A stretch of DNA of 63,973 nucleotides, filler included, from Octopus bimaculoides (lineage: Eukaryota): the NCBI RefSeq assembly GCF_001194135.2. It is 6 parts of 6 records of this genome, joined end to end, with 100 filler letters (N's around TTAATTAATTAA, not from the genome) between each part and the next. Parts side by side here need not be neighbours in the genome. Positions count along the whole stretch, not along the records: positions 62,941 to 63,973 come from NW_026373102.1; 5 more parts are not named here. One strand, written 5' to 3'. The translations under genes and the position numbers were made by a program. Under the pieces are notes generated by a model. It worked only from the letters and a program-made list of their open reading frames with translations, was not told the DNA's origin and made no database searches. Numbering within the stretch: the first letter of the stretch is position 1; every line of letters begins with the position of its first letter. Below, in pieces: positions 63,150-63,973 of the stretch.

Positions 63150-63973
63150 CCTCTCTCGAAATTGCTCAATGATGTACAGTACGGTTATAAAATGTCTAAT
63201 AAAAATATAAATCATCTCATTTACATGGGCGATTTAAAGCTCTTTGCTAAAAATGACTAACAACAACAGGGTTTACTAGCGGTTGTTAAACAATTCAGTA
63301 ATGACATCAGGATGCAATATCGCCTCGATAAATGTGCAAAATCTACCGTTATCAAAGNNNNNNNNNNAAATGACAGAAACATTTAACGTTAACCTTGATC
63401 AGCAGAATGTCATAAAGGAGTTAGAACCAGCGGAGAGCAACAAATACCTACGGGTATTTGAAGGGGCCGGAATCAAACATTCAGTGATGAGGGAAAGGAT
63501 CGGAGAGAATGTTATAGCAGGGTAAGAGCAATACTCAATACAGAGCTGAATACAAGAAACTAGATTGAAGCGATCAATACTTTAGCCATACCAGTTGTGA
63601 CTTACAGTTTCATTATTATTAACTGGTCAATTACTTAAATATGTAATGTTGACAGAAAAATACGAAAATTGTTGACAATGCATAGANNNNNNNNNNACAG
63701 AAAAATACGAAAATTGTTGACAATGCATAGAATGCATCACCCTAAGACAGATGTAGAACGACTTTATCTTCCAAGAAAAGAGGGATACCGTGGACTTTTA
63801 CAACTGGAATTAACAATGAAGATTGACACAATTGGCCTCTCTCGAAATTGCTTGAGGATGTAAAGTACGGCTATAAAATGTTTGATAATTACGAAAATTG
63901 CTGACAATGCAAAGAATGCACCACCCTAAAACAGACATAAAACGACTTTACCTGCCAAGAAATAAGGGTGGCC
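63150..63973 (+). mobile_element. R4/Dong-type LINE RT/thumb region, degraded, plus a deleted tandem copy at ~63835-63973
   Basis: NHLIYMGDLKLFAK, KYLRV, AINTLAIPVVTYSF, RKIRKLLTMHRMHHPKTDVERLYLPRKEG. Confidence 0.85.

Noticed and set aside
63095-63186. Exact 41-bp direct repeat (and a 34-bp one at 63653-63730)
   Set aside because: Both straddle 10-N gaps, typical of unmerged contig overlaps.

Overview
Eukaryotic, AT-rich, repeat-saturated, gapped draft scaffold. The microsatellite density and the SINE/LINE families look like an octopod cephalopod genome (inference from sequence style, not a search). Recognisable DNA is almost all decayed mobile elements: R4/Dong-type RLE non-LTR retrotransposons tied to (TAA)n tracts, RTE LINEs (one apparently full-length copy nested antisense in another), a Tx1/L1-clade LINE, Tc1/mariner elements and MITEs, a Helentron-type non-autonomous element, three tRNA-derived SINE families and one unclassified ~550 bp repeat. 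No intact transposase or RT ORF is present. The only convincing host-gene signal is on the minus strand at ~37.6-38.3 kb: a TATA-like box, ~620 nt with no ATG in any frame yet open in frame for 175 codons, then ATG-MFSWADSSSGLNVFASDRYS and a GTGAGT splice donor. Most ORFs in the supplied track are artefacts of microsatellites or N runs. I found no prokaryote-type system (CRISPR, operon, rRNA). The best leads are the possible non-AUG N-terminal extension, SINE/LINE 3'-tail sharing, TAA-targeted retroelement clusters and several fold-back structures.
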